This document shows positions 1 to 23,889 of a stretch of DNA of 64,000 bases, one piece after another. How positions within the stretch are numbered: the first letter of the stretch is position 1; every line of letters begins with the position of its first letter. Both the position numbers and the translations under genes were made by a program. The DNA lies in NCBI GenBank assembly GCA_964304625.1, contig OZ199839.1:3524724-3588723 (forward strand), read 5' to 3'. Under the pieces are notes generated by a model. That model saw nothing but the letters and a program-made list of their open reading frames with translations, ran no database searches and was not told where the DNA came from. The DNA comes from Kudoa neothunni (lineage: Eukaryota; Animalia; Cnidaria).

Positions 1-2473
1 CCAAGAGCCTGAAAATCGACTATACACATTCCTTCTTTTGGGGTCCAATGGACCCCACATTTTTTTAATTTGGATTATGTGGAAAAATGTAATAAGTAAT
101 TTACTAAAATGTGAGAGAACATTATCGACAAAATAGTGAAAATTGTCACAATTATAACATCGCCGTTTGTTAACGATCATTGCCGAAATATTTAAAAGGC
201 TAACTCAGAGGTCGGCAACCTGTGATTCCCCATCTTAAGTGCATAATATAAACTACAATATCTAAGGTTACAACGCGAAGATATTATATAATGATTAGTT
301 GCCGAACTCATTATTACGTTCAAATTTTGAATTTTCATGAGGCAAATCATTTTTTAATGGAAATATATGGGTATTGAAAGAATGTATGGTACTCCAATTT
401 CACCAACTTGAACTAATTATCTTAATTTGAAACTTAAAAGTTAAATATAGAAAGAAAAGATTCAGAAAAAAGACTAATAACTTATAAATATTAAAAATTC
501 ATCATAGAACATTGTCCTATGCATATGCAATAATTAACGAGGCAAAATAACTCTAAATATTCTCAATTTTGTCTATGTTTTTAAATAAAAAAATAATTTT
601 TTGTCACCATTTAAAGTTTTTCGAATATTATACAACATACATCTTATTTGTCTATATGCACAGCTTTTTTAAACTTTAAATTAGACTCATAAAAGTGTTG
701 ATAGTTTTTCCAATTTAAAAATTGTATTGAATCAACTTTTTTATATAAAAAAGTAGTTGTACTTACATTTTCATTAAATTTTATCCATTCAAAAGAATTC
801 TCTTGTAATATTAAACGTTCTTTAGTTTTAATTCGAAGACGACCCCATATAAAATGTAAAATATCGTTGAAATAATCAAATTCAGGAAAATACTCATGAA
901 AGTAATTCTTACAATTTTAAAAGGTTAAATTATATGGTTTAAATTTCCTTTTTGTTGACAATAATATTCAAGAAAGTGAATTTTATATCGTATATTTGTT
1001 GTATAGAGGACATTGGTAAAATTTCTGATTCATCATAATGGAAATTTTCGAAAATGGGATTATAATATTATTTGAAGTAATCAGACAAATTCAAGTGCAT
1101 ACTATTTATAATTTTATTATTTTCCTTCATTAAAATACTAATAATAAAAATAATAGGTTGATTAGTTATAGAAAAATGCGTAAATAGACTAATTGGATAA
1201 TTTTCTCCATATTTTTATGAAATGTATGTATACATGATTTCAAAGTTAAATATTTTGATTTTGAAATCTAAATTTAATGTGAGGTTCCGGAAGTAGAAAA
1301 TTTTTCCCCGCCATCAATAATTGGCTCTTCTGGTCATATCGGTTGCCGACCCCTGGGTTAACTTAGGCGTCTAATTTAACAAGTTTATTTTTTAATTTAA
1401 TGGGGTTAAATAAAAATTTATATCATCGCACATTAACGAAAGCCTTAAAAATTGTTTCGTTTATAATTAATTTCTTAATAATCACGCCCAATAAAACAAA
1501 CAATACATATTGTTTCAAAGTAGATAAAATACGAGATACTTATATTATTTTAGTTTGTAATGTTACAACATATCACCCAAACAACGTTTGAATTGCTTTT
1601 ATTACAATCGGTTCCGCAAACATAAATAAAGGTCCTCGCATCTTTGTCTCAAGATCATGAACAATAACAGCAACATTCACAATAAGAAAATTTGAGCTAA
1701 TATAATTTATATTGTAAAATTATCATATAGACAAGGATTAAAATATAAGACAACAACTGTTGGTTGAATTGCCAACTTATCAAACAATGCTGACAATTAT
1801 AATTGTCAGGCTTGTTAGTATTTGAGTTAACAGCTGAGAAAAAGACTTATCTTAAAATATGAGGAATGTATCAACTAAGAAATTTATTCTTGTTTGGGCG
1901 TAAGAATGTGAAGTTTGAGATTTTGAAAAATATTTCGTTTAGAGATATTACTTATTTGAAGTTTCTCAGAAAACCTATTAACTCCAGTCTTATATTCGTA
2001 TATGTTTCAAAAACATTTATTATCTTCGGAAACTTTGGAATGACGTTAATAACCAAATTATTAAAAATTATCATAAAATTCAAACATACCGGATTCAATT
2101 TCATTCAAAATATGACATTAAGAATCATTTATGGCAGCATTTCTCTCGTCAGTAATAATCGATATTTAACGAATGCATAGTTTTTTCAATTTATCTCTGC
2201 TTCCTCTCGATAAAATTTTGTTTAATTCTCAAAATTATTTTAAATAATTTTTTTTTGTTGTTTGGTGGGGGAACTTTTCAGTCCACTGGACCCCAAAATA
2301 GGGAATGTATAAGTGTTTTGATTATTTAATGACCTGAATGCCAAATTAATATTTTCTGTAATCTTTTAATAGATCTCATATTTGTAGGATAATAGATATG
2401 ACCTTAAATTCATTGATATAATATAAGATTCAAACATCCATTGTGTTCATTGGACCCAAAGACGCTCGAAAGG
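1..2473. mobile_element. piggyBac-like non-autonomous element, left end upstream of window
   Basis: Right end ...CTCGAAAGG followed by TTAA (2474-2477). Subterminal inverted repeat 21-53 vs 2281-2311 containing the GGGGTC-N5-GACCCC palindrome also seen in the other piggyBac ends of this window. Confidence 0.6.
206..1355. mobile_element. hAT-family non-autonomous element nested in the piggyBac-like element
   Basis: TIRs CAGAGGTCGGCAACC (206-220) / GGTTGCCGACCCCTG (1341-1355); 8-bp TSD GGCTAACT / GGTTAACT (7/8 match). Confidence 0.85.
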
Positions 2474-2603
2474 TTAAAGGAATTTTCATCAAGAACAAAT
2501 TTATGGTTGATTGTTTAAATCGAAAGATTACCGTGCCATTCAACAAAATCTTTCCGCTACGTCTTGGCTAGATCAGAAGTTCGCATTGGTGGAACAATTC
2601 GTA

Positions 2604-2860
2604 TTAATTTGAAGGCAATATTCTTAATTTTAAACTATTTCTAAATTGTTGTTTCACTGAGAATTCTAATTCCTCTGTCCTAAGAGAAAGTGATAAGGTG
2701 TAATTGTCATTGATGAGATCAAGTAATTTCTTTGTCACCGCTAAACTGCGTCCCCTTCTAAATGGTGACGATGATTCCGTTCCGCGTTTCTTATTCACGT
2801 CTTGAACGGTTGAAATATAAAATTTTTAGACTTAGATTGGATTTTACCCTTATCTGTCAT
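2604..2860 (-). mobile_element. possible Tc1/IS630-like transposase N-terminal fragment
   Basis: ORF 2604-2798 has an RRGR AT-hook-like motif preceded by an STVQDV HTH-like segment. No TIRs found. Confidence 0.3.
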
Positions 2861-3643
2861 TAATTGGCAAATTGTTTTAATTTCATCTTTCAATATTTTC
2901 TTGTTTCCCAAAATCACTCTTAAGTATTAAAACGTAAATTAAATGATGGTTTAAATTAAAAATTTCCCGGAATTGATTGTTGGCATTTCCGAACTAGGGA
3001 GTAAAGCCTTGTAATAGGTTCTGGGGGAATACACTTGCGAAATTTAAGCATTGCTTAGGTCTACTTTTAAATATTTTTAAAATCCTTTGTAAACTTAGTA
3101 AACAATTAACCATAGCTATATACGAATCAATTACTCGAGTGAAAATTTTTCAAAAAACAAAACAACTTTAGTCAAGCCTAAGTGCTGACAATCGAATATG
3201 GATTAGAGAAATTTCACACGGTTATTGGTTCCTCCATTCAAACATTATGTATCTCTGGGTGGAATATTTATTAAATTATTCTAATAGAAAATCTAGCGAT
3301 GAACCGTCATTTATGATACATCGTTCCTCTTCCATCAATTTCAACTGGCTTGTAAAAAAGAGTTATTTTTTCTGTGTTGGTCTTTGGTCTATGTACAGTA
3401 ATTTTGATATTTATGTTATCGAGGATTTCTGCATCAATGGATCTATGACAAAGGTTGTGGTAATTATCGTTACAAAATATAATATCAATATATTTATTAT
3501 TGTTATTATAATTAAATTATTACTAACACAATTTAAAAAATATTAACTTGATTCACAAATTACTGTTAAGATTGCTGAAGCTAATATTCATAACATTATG
3601 AGTAAAATCCAACAAGTCATCTACTCAGAGATAATAGTAGTTT

Positions 3644-3893
3644 TAGAGGTTAAGATTGGTTCGGTTATTAAGCGTCGGTTTTAAAAATCTATTTGTATGT
3701 TAGTATAAATTAACTTTTATTATCAATTGACACAGTTTTTGAAACAAAGAACGACTACATTAACGTTCAATCTATCACATTTTTACATATCTTTCGTGTG
3801 CAAAAGAATTAACACTGACAATTTAAAAATTATTCACAAAACCGAAAACCGTTTGTTTTAGAAATAACCGGAACCGAACCGCCTTAACCCCTA
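3644..3893. mobile_element. hAT MITE (250 bp)
   Basis: TIRs TAGAGGTTAAG..GGTTCGGTT / AACCGAACCGCCTTAACCCCTA; perfect 8-bp TSD AGTAGTTT (3636-3643, 3894-3901); subterminal AACCG repeats. Confidence 0.85.
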
Positions 3894-4593
3894 AGTAGTT
3901 TATATATGCGAAAATGTAACTTACTGCTATCTTGGGGATTCTAATGAGGGAGTAATTAAAGATCATTAATTTATCTTAATAGAATCTCTCGGGTATTCTA
4001 ACCGTAAAGTTCTCGAAATATTTGATAACTAAGTTAATATTGCTTATAATTTAACATTTTTAACTTATGTGGTGTTTTTAGAAAATTATGTAAAAGCGGC
4101 TGTGCTTAAAACTGGTTACACGCTACATTTAGTTACGCCTATTTAAGTTGAGTAGAAAAAACACACTGGTTATTGTAACAAATATTTTAATCCTAAATAT
4201 GTTGGCGCACGCGTGACATTAACATAATAACAAGAACCACCATTTACAGTCGATGTATGAGATTCATTTCTCACAATATGCCATACTTAATTATTTCTGG
4301 TCCATCGTTGTCATTCATTGAGAGCATAAATAATTAAATACAGTCAAAATTATTCTCAACTGAGTATTATGATCCGCTCAAATAGCTACTTTTGTTTGAA
4401 AATGAACACCTTTAATCCATTTAATTCAATTTAGCGATCAAAGGCAAATATTATATTAAAAATAAAACATTGTTTGAAATAGCCTACGACTTAATACTAA
4501 TATGCTTCTAATATGACTATAAAAAATTAATCAATTTATAGTTTATTTTGATATTCCTCAACCTTCAAATTTCACCCCTAAAGCCCTCTAGTT

Positions 4594-5533
4594 CAATGGT
4601 GCACAAACTTATGGGCCTCGACCCAAATTTTAATCTTCGAAACACAATATTCAAAATAATTCATAAATAATATGTTTAATAATGTTTTAAATTGAATAAA
4701 GAATGACATAACGAACAAATAATGTTCGTCCATGTTGAATAAAACAATATTTTTCTGTCTAGGCATCAGTAAATTTTCCATTTTAATCGTCAACTTTTTT
4801 TTCGAATTCCAGTCAATTTATCTTGGAAATAGAATAAAAGTAAGCTGATTTAAATATGAGATATAACTTGGTTGAGAAAAATGATTGTGTGTGGATATGT
4901 GAAGTGCAGATTAAATTGTCCCTTAATATGTGCTCATTATCAGCTCCAGAGGGTGTTTATCCTTTATTTCAAAGTTTATTTTATGTTTCATTTATTTTTC
5001 TTATAGAAACATTTCGAAAACTTTGCTTTTTACGCACAATGTAAATATCTTATTATTTCACCTTGTTTATAAAACGTACATTAATTATTAATCTTATTTT
5101 AACTGAATCTAAACTTCGGGTCAGCATTGTCAAACCAAATTATAAATCATAAATCTGCCCTGTACCCGCATGATGTTCTTCTCCATGCACACTCAAGAAG
5201 AAATAATTAAAATTGGTACATATATTTCGATTTAAAAAACGTCTTTTCTATATCAAATCGTAAAGTCGATAATGGTAATAAATCTTTTTGCCTATTTAGA
5301 GAGTTTTTGAATGTTTCGTTCTTAATGGTTTGCCTACAATAAAAAACGCCAATACATTTCTTTAATAGTTTCATTAGATGTTATCGGAATATTCAATATC
5401 TAGATAAGCCAATTGGAGTTTAATAATATAATGCTTTTTCATTTCATTTAAAAATATACCATAATCTGTATTCAATTAGGGTTCACCGCGGGCCACAAGA
5501 AGGCTCATTGAGGACCGGAGTTTGTGCTTCCCA
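4594..5533. mobile_element. hAT (Charlie-like) non-autonomous element
   Basis: Left CAATGGTGCACAAACTT, degenerate right GAGTTTGTGCTTCCCA; TSD CTCTAGTT / CTCCAGTT; subterminal GCGGGCCACA motif at about 5488. Confidence 0.65.
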
Positions 5534-6127
5534 CTCCAGTTGATGCTGGTAAAAATATTGTTGAAATACACACATAGCAACTTAAATTTTAATATATATA
5601 TTATATCTAAATAACGTGAATTTAAAAAATGTTTAATACATCATACATTCGAAATAAAAACAATTTCACACGAACATTCGATAAAAGTCGTAGGCACATA
5701 TTAGCGCGCCACAATCTCATCTTTATTCTCACACACTTAATAAGAAGTTAAATTCATGTATAATCAATCTTTAATAAATTAATCTGCCAAAATATTAAAT
5801 ACTAGATTCGTAAGATTATATAATTGTATAGAATCTGTTAATAAGCTCATTTTCCGCTGCAAATGGATTTCTAATGATCCATTATAGCCGACGATGTACA
5901 TACTAGTGGCAAAGTTATTTTTTGATGAATCTTATTGATCGAATACAATCGATGTATACACATTGAATAAAAAACATCAAGTTATAAAACACAATTTTCT
6001 AATATTTTGTTAGAAATATGATCAAAAGTTCATTGATATGAAAAATTTCTCACGTTTGTTTCAGCATAATCAACAGAGACTGAATTTAAAAGTAGATACA
6101 GCCCAACTCTAATTAAATGGAGAAATC

Positions 6128-6144
6128 CATGACGCAAGCGCAAT
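6128..6144 (+). promoter_or_regulatory. NRF1/Ewg-like GCGC motif upstream of ROCK
   Basis: CATGACGCAAGCGCAAT, 15/17 identical to the sense-strand motif upstream of anamorsin. It lies 5' of a probable 5'UTR intron (about 6392-6539). Confidence 0.4.
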
Positions 6145-6589
6145 TGTTAATAGGTGTATATCTTCACATAATCAATTTCATTTAGTCGACCTCATCTCAA
6201 CCAAGTAACAATTATATTTCATAACAATTAGTAAACATAAATTTTCGTTAAAATATCGACGAATTATATTAATTCCGATTTCATATCAAAAGATTTAGAT
6301 TAATCCGGATTAATCGAAGGTGGTCAGAAGCTTTTTGGGCCATTTTGAGAGAACAATTTGAGTTGTTATTGTTTATACTGGAATTTTGAAAGTGAGTTAT
6401 TGCTAGTTGTGAATTTTGTGGTTGTTGGTCTCAAGTCTAATTAATTGTCTATTGGTTTGTATGTGCGTCGATAGTTGTAATGAATAGCACCGATATATCA
6501 TTAAGTTCAACTTGATTATTGATTGATTGTAATTTTTAGGTGAAATAAGCCCAAAACAGGTTGTTTGCTAACTCCGTCTCAATTGTTGT

Positions 6590-11286
<4,697 letters not shown>

Positions 11287-14200
11287 GATTGAGTCCCTCC
11301 AAGAGCAAAGGATTTTCCACCTCGTGATCCACAAATTCTTCTTTAACATTACTATTGGTTCCTATCTTCTCAATGTATACACTTACGGACATAGAGTCCG
11401 TTCGATCAGTAATTGCTTACCATTTGATATATTCATTACTGTTTACATAAAATCCTTTTTGTTTCTATTCAGTGGGTTATTTTTCGCACGTTGAATTCAA
11501 TTGTTGGCATAGTATATCTCACATAGTATAGAAATATTTATAATCGTTTTTTTATTCTCTCTCACTCATGTTCATTTATCTATCATTCTGCCATTCCATT
11601 CTACCATTCTCTCATTAGGAAATTTGAATAGTTTCAAAAATGTGTATCCACGTTTGAAGATTATTGATAGAAAAATTTGTATGAACCTTTGTTGATAATT
11701 TTGACAAGGATTAATAAGAGTCAGATATTTACGAAATAATATTATACAATAATATTTCATTTAAATTGTAATTTTTGGCGCCAAATTTGTGATTTCCCAT
11801 CATTTAACTATACAGTAAGTATTAATTTTCCGGTGCGTTCAGAAATTTAATCGTCAACTTTTCTTTTAAATTTTTTGTCTTTAATACGATTATGTAATTT
11901 TTCCGGCGCTACATTAAACTCTAGCGCGAAATCCCAGATTTTGCTGGTAATGAGTGATGGAATGTATTAGGTGTTTAGTTGTTTTTATAACGGGATAAAT
12001 GTGATAAATGTCGAGTTAAAATATATTTAAATATAAAATTAAAATTTGCAAATTTTTGTCATTATTTACTTTGATAAATTTTCAAATTTGTTACTATTTT
12101 TTAGCTTTACTCAATTACATTAATTAGAATAAACATAGATTTTCTGAAAAAGTACAAATCGGAAATATATAGAAAATTAATAAATATTTATAGCTTATTT
12201 TACGAATTATTGAAAATAGATGACTTTCTAGGAATTGAAAAAAAGTTAAACTAATATTTTAGTTATAAATTTGAGGATTAGTTTATAAACTATAAAAAGA
12301 ATTACAAATCAGGATGATATAATAAAAATGAATTATTCCAAATATCACTCATTTCGAAAATTTTATGAAAGATCATAATTTGATTTTAAACAATTATCTG
12401 TGACTGTGAGCAGAAAATAACAGTTTTGCTATTTTAGTACGATTTTCCGATTTTTATATAAATCTATCATTTCTTACTAACATAAAAATTGTCCGGTTAA
12501 AAAAATACGACTGAATTAAAAAATTAACAATTTAATCAAATATATGAATGTGTTTTTAACTTGAATAAGTTAATTATTGGTTAACAATCAATTAGTTTTA
12601 TCGAAAGACTTTTCTCTTTAATGATAAACAAACCATTAGATTGTTTCGGATTTTGTATTTTGTATTGAACTGATCATAATTTAGCAAAAATCTTGTAATA
12701 ATATCGATATGATGAAATAAACTATTTCTTATTTATTCATCGAATGTTAATTAATGCGGGCGGACAGTCTTTTTCAACAGTACTCATAATTGCAGATCCA
12801 AAAATTACCTCTAACATCCGATATTTCATATTCCTGTACATTTTTCATATCATATTATATTAATTCTATCCTAAAATAACCCAATATTTAGTTTAATATA
12901 AATGTTACCGTTTGGAAATAGGAAATAACTTTCGTTTAATAGCTTCAGTTTTACATAAATAATTATTTAATCAAATATAGAAAATTATTCAAGTAATTGT
13001 CACAGCTTTTATGTAATTAAGTGTATGCAAACTCAACAAAAAGTAGCAACTTTTTGGAAAAATTAAAATAATTTTAGTCTTATACTATCAACGTGATAGA
13101 AATAAAATGAAATATTTTTAGGTATATTTCAATAGGTTGATTGTTATTTCAAAGCTTGCAACGAAACATAAAATGTTTGAAAACTCTACGACAGTTGTAA
13201 ATCGTTTTAGGATATGAAAAACACAGTATTTAGTTACATACTTTACCACCATGTTTATTTCTGCGTTCATTTCGCACTCCTTTCTTCATGCGAATATTAA
13301 AGCTCAATTTTACTTTTGATATAAAAGCGCAAATAATAATCTTAATAAAAACGTCCAAAATCATACTTTTAGTAATTTAGCTGATACCTTAAATCTTACA
13401 TTTTTGGAATTATTTCTAAAATGCATAAATTAAAAACAAAACTTTTTTGGTTGTATCAATGTGGTAAGTATAATTTAACAAGGATGAATATATTTTTTTC
13501 CGCCTCGTAATTCAACACTCAACGATTGGAGCTATTACCTATCCTTGCTTAAACAAAATATTTTTTATATAACGTAATAAAAAATTCAAATTACATATTT
13601 TATCATAATTATTGCAAAATATTAGAAACGAAACATTTATATAAAGGTGATATTATATTACACTAATAAAAATTATGGTCGGTTAATTAAGCTCTTTACT
13701 TCATTTAACGGTTAAATAAGCCAAATAAAAATAACCAATCAGTATAATTCACTACAAGAATGTTTCAAAAAATGGATATATAATATTTATTTGATCCGTC
13801 GGATATCTTGCTCTTATCGATTTTTGATAATTTATTGAAAGCATGTAACTTTATTGGTCAATTGGTCATGCAAATCGTTTACGAGGTTCAGTAAATTCCG
13901 ATTCTTATTTTATATTACAACAAAGACGAGACCAACTCACATTTTATGTTGTGCCGAATAGAATTTAACGACATTTTTATTCATATAGAGTTAGATTTTA
14001 ATATAAACTTTTAAATTTTGTATTTATTCAAATCTATTAATGAAATCTCTGATCTCCATTTTATCGACTTTTTAAAATTTTAATAGAAAATTATTTAACA
14101 AGACATTTTAGCTTAAATTTATATCAGAGGACAGATCAATATTCTAACATAAAACTTGGAATGTAACATCATTAAGAAAGTATAATTAAATGATTAATCT

Positions 14201-14324
14201 ACAATTTAGACAAAGAATCAAGTTAAAATTACGTCATGGTTTCATTTTTAAAGATATAGACCACTTCTAAGCAGATAAAAATGCTGTCACACCTAATCAC
14301 AGTCTAAATATATATCTTCTTGAA

Positions 14325-15376
14325 CCCTTTGAACCCCAATGTTGCCATTTCGTGACATTTTAATTTTGTGAATGTTTTAACCATTTAATTATATTTTTTA
14401 AATCTATCCTTATTATAATATAATTAATGTCAATTTTATTTTATATAAATGAATTATATAAATTTGCGTGTTTTATATCTAGAGCAATGCAGATGAATAT
14501 CTAACTCTACGGCAAGTATAAAAAAGGCTAAAACTATCCTACAATTGAACTTGGTATTTTGAGGTTTCAGTAAAATTAAAAAATATACACACATAATATT
14601 AAATAAGTTTATTCTAAAAATGAATCAAAGAAAAAAATATGTTTTGATACTTATACTATAGGGGACAGATTAATCCATGTTGTCATTTGGCAACATTGGG
14701 CCCTCGATTTAAGTGTGTTTATACTCCTTGGAATGGATTCTGACTAAATTGGAGGAGGAATAAATAGAGCATACTTTTTAACAATCATATTATTACCAAG
14801 TGGGCACAAATCAGACGTTGGACTGGATCGGATTCCATTTTGTATAGTCAATATGGTGGTATTGTACCCGAATACAGTTCTAGTGATGGGGAGTAAGATG
14901 ACTACCGTGTAAATTAGACAATGGACGCGAAAAACTAAATAAACAATGGTATTGAAATAACTGATATTTTTTTATAAGTTGAAGATATTATATGTGAATG
15001 TTTCATTTATTTCAACCGATTCTTCAATGATAGATTATTGGAACATATTTGCATTAAGTGTAATGTTCATTTGTGCCACAATAAAAACAGAAACTGCTTT
15101 TTGGACTATCGAAATTGTAATAAATAATTTAATATATCATTTCTTATGGTGGAAGAGAAATTTTTTGTTTCAAAACAAAGTAACATAAAAGCGAGTACAC
15201 GCGCACCCCCACATATTCAAATAAGCCCCGTCCCAATGTTGCCATTTGGCACCATGTGTGTATCTTTTTAATTTTTGAAATGAGTGCTTCACTTTTTTGG
15301 ATATTTTATATAAATTTATTTCAAATTAAACACGATGAACAAAAAAAATTTTTCAGTGACTGAAGTAAATTCAGGG
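14325..15376. mobile_element. piggyBac-like internally deleted element
   Basis: TGAA|CCCTTTGAA ... TTCAGGG|TTAA (15377-15380); three copies of the palindrome ATGTTGCCATTTGGCAACA (about 14339, 14677, 15236). Confidence 0.6.
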
Positions 15377-18300
15377 TTAAAAAATAAGAAAGTTACAATG
15401 TTACATAAAAATAGACAGTGCAAGATATTTTACGTTGTTAGGCTTAATACCAACTATTACTTACTCTGCCGTTTCATAGAATCAAATAAAAAAGCCATTT
15501 AAATTAAATTAGCTTCCATATCTTATTTTTTGGAATAGGAAATTATTGATAAAAGAACACCCAAAAATATTACACATACAACGTCCTTACATGATTTTAA
15601 ACTGTTTCTAACGGAAATTACACAACAAATAAATTAAGATCTATTTTTGTATTTATGGAAGAATAACTTTCGCGCACCCTCCCCAAAGAAATACTGTTCT
15701 AGAAGCTTAACACTTAAAACATGATTCTTGTCAAATTTCGTGGCTATTAATGAATCTTGACTAAATATCTGTTAAGAATTACTCAAAAAGAGAAAAAAAT
15801 ATCGGGTTAGATTGAGAAATAAATTTTTTTTATGATATATATTTAGAAAAAAATACATTTTGCCAGTTCAGGTTATATTAAGCTGTTAGTTATTTATTCA
15901 TTCAAATAAAGGTTGGGTAAGATATGGCTCACCATCATTCTGTAACTCATCCACATGCGTCATTAACCAATGACAAAAATTATCATTTTTTTATCACTTA
16001 GCATCTACTTCCTATTAAATCTAACGCGGCTCTCCAGCCATGTTACAAATGGTACATATAAAATATTTTTGTTTAATTCATTATAATGGTTTGTTATGCA
16101 AAAAAAGAGCATTTTATTATGAAAATTTTACACATAATTGGGATCCGTTATTAATAAAATTTAAACAACACTATTTGCCAGAAAACAAATTAATGAATGC
16201 TGTTCCTCAACTCGAAATTTACAGTTACGCTTTGATGAATTTTGAGAGAAGCTTGATTAAGCGAAATTCATTATAGTTGTCTAATAAGAGAATAATTTCA
16301 AGATTATTTTCACATTACAAACTACATTATTTTCTCTAAACTTCATCTGTAAAGTATCTATTAATCATAATTTTATACGAAAAATATTTCCGAATCGATT
16401 TTAGTAGTAAATATCATATGAGCAGGGGGGGGGGGCAATCGAAGAGATTGTGTTAGATTAAACTTATTGACTGCGAATATAATTTTCTTGCAATCATACA
16501 ATGAGAATTCGTAGGTATATAGGAAGAATATATTTTACTTATTTTTTATTTTGTGCTAAAATTTTGCAAAGTTTTATACAGTAGGTAATTGATTTTCCGT
16601 ACTTTTACTTTTTCTTCGCTTATATATAATTATCAGAGTTAAAACTATTTCTGTAAATTAAGAAAGTTTATTTTATGAAATTAAAATTAAAAGTTTCAAG
16701 AAAAAAATCATTTATAAAGAAGTTTTTTTATAAAAATAGGGATTATCGATTTTTCGTAACTTTACGGCTCCAACCTTAATTTTCAAAATCCTTTGTTTTA
16801 ATTAATTACATCCATGATAAAATTGTAAATAATTTAATAATATAGAAAAGTTTATCATTATTCCATTTTTTTTAAATTAGCAAATAAAAGCCGTTAAATC
16901 TTTTACATTCTTTGGCGGTTTTGATCTCGTACCTATTTCTGCTTTGAAAACTGCCGAAACATTAATGTCGAATTGATTTCCTCATGTAATATAAGTTTTG
17001 AATCATTCAGAAGAAAACTTTTGGATAAGAAATCAAAAAATAATTTTTATTATGTAGATTATAATTGGTTAAAAGCATTAGAGCCAAGAAAACCGATTTA
17101 TTTTAGATGATTAAATACGTAAAAAAATTAATTACTTATAGGAGATTTTATGATTATAGATCACGCCCTAATGTAAAAAAGGTCAATTATCTCGGGCATT
17201 CATTTATGCACTAAAAATTGTTACCATAACTAGTACAACAAATTGAGTGCTATTGCGGCAAAATTTACCGGCCTTCTTTGTACAGTTTATAGAAGACTAC
17301 ACTATTCAATCAACAAAACAATGCCAAATAATTTAAATATGTATAAATTTTTCAAGAGAAACTTTGATTCAAGTCTGGTATCCAATTTACATCTAGAAAA
17401 GACATCTTAAATAAATTATGAACTAATTTTTTACGTCCACTTCTGGTAATTGTTCAGACCGTTCTTTGATTTGTCATCGCAAGAACTAACGAGTTTTTAA
17501 CGGCAGTAAAAATTTACCTATTTAATATTAGTGAAATAAGATAGCAAGAATGATGATGAAGAAACATTTAAAATATACTTAATTTGTTAAAATACTAATT
17601 TCAAAAATATTGTTAACAATTTGTGTCTCTGTATCTCAACTTTTAACAATGAAATTAAATTATATGACATCATACTTGTATTTTACAAAAAATTCAAAAA
17701 ATCAACCATTATCTCTTAATAAATAAATAATTAATTTTTCAAAGTCCCACTACAAAAGTATTTCGGTTAAAAATCCCATTATTGAAAATGATAACGATCT
17801 AAATGCATAGCCACCAGATTTCCTTAAATTTATGTTAGATAAAAAATCATTGTAAAAGTTAATAATTGTGAATTTAATTATGTCACTTTAATATGAAATA
17901 TTTTAATTTCCTGCGCATCCATACAAAGTACGGAAAATCGGCCAGTGGTGCATTTTCAGTAAACTTTCTCTGGTCAAGAGAGGTTTACGTAAAATCGATT
18001 AGCTACTGTATTTTAAGAAAAAAATATAAGGTGGATATCGGCATGATAAATTGTATTCAGGTGACACTAGTTTTGACTGTATTTAATTATTTCTGCCCCC
18101 TAAGATCGCGGCTGATAGCCAAAAATAATTAAATCTGGCAGATTCTAAAAAATTAAATCAGTAGACAGGTTGTAAGCAAGATTTTTCCGAGATTAAAAAT
18201 GTCCTGCACGCATGCGTACATGCAATTGAGAATTAAATTTTACCATGTCATTAGTCTCTGTCAAAAAAGTATTCCATAATATTAACTTTAAGGTTCTATT

Positions 18301-18831
18301 GGTATTTATACCAAATATATTATTCTCCTAAACCCTCAATCCAATATCAATGGCCATTAATGCAAATGAAGCATTTCAGATGATTTAAATACCCACCACA
18401 GATTTATACGGATATATGTTCACTACACACAATCCAATTATTAAAATATAACTCAAAGGCGATCAAAAAACGTTTAGAATCACACAAAACCATTGCGATT
18501 ATAAAGATACCAGTATTATCCTGAAAGTTTCACCAGGACTTATCCACTAATATAAGGCACCTAGAGCTCAAGGGTAGATGTAAACATTAAGCTCCTACCC
18601 CAATCATATAAAAATTTTTGTGTTGAAAATTTAGATTTAGATAAAAACCAAAAATTATTCTCTCTATAAAAATCACGCCAATTCAACAAAAATTAAAGAA
18701 CAACCAAGGCCGAACTAGTTAGGTTTAATAGGAAGAATACTCAAGTATATATAATCATGAAAGATGACGAATATATTTTTCAGTGCGACTAAAAGTAATT
18801 ATAGAGTTTCGCATAATGAAATATTGAATTG

Positions 18832-23889
<5,058 letters not shown>

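Noticed and set aside
16425-16435. Poly-G run
   Set aside because: Isolated homopolymer with no supporting structure.
11800-18700. Short ORFs and TA-CAGTAG/CAGTAA pogo-like starts at about 11811 and 16517
   Set aside because: ORFs are low-complexity AT artefacts; no convincing partner TIR or TSD found.
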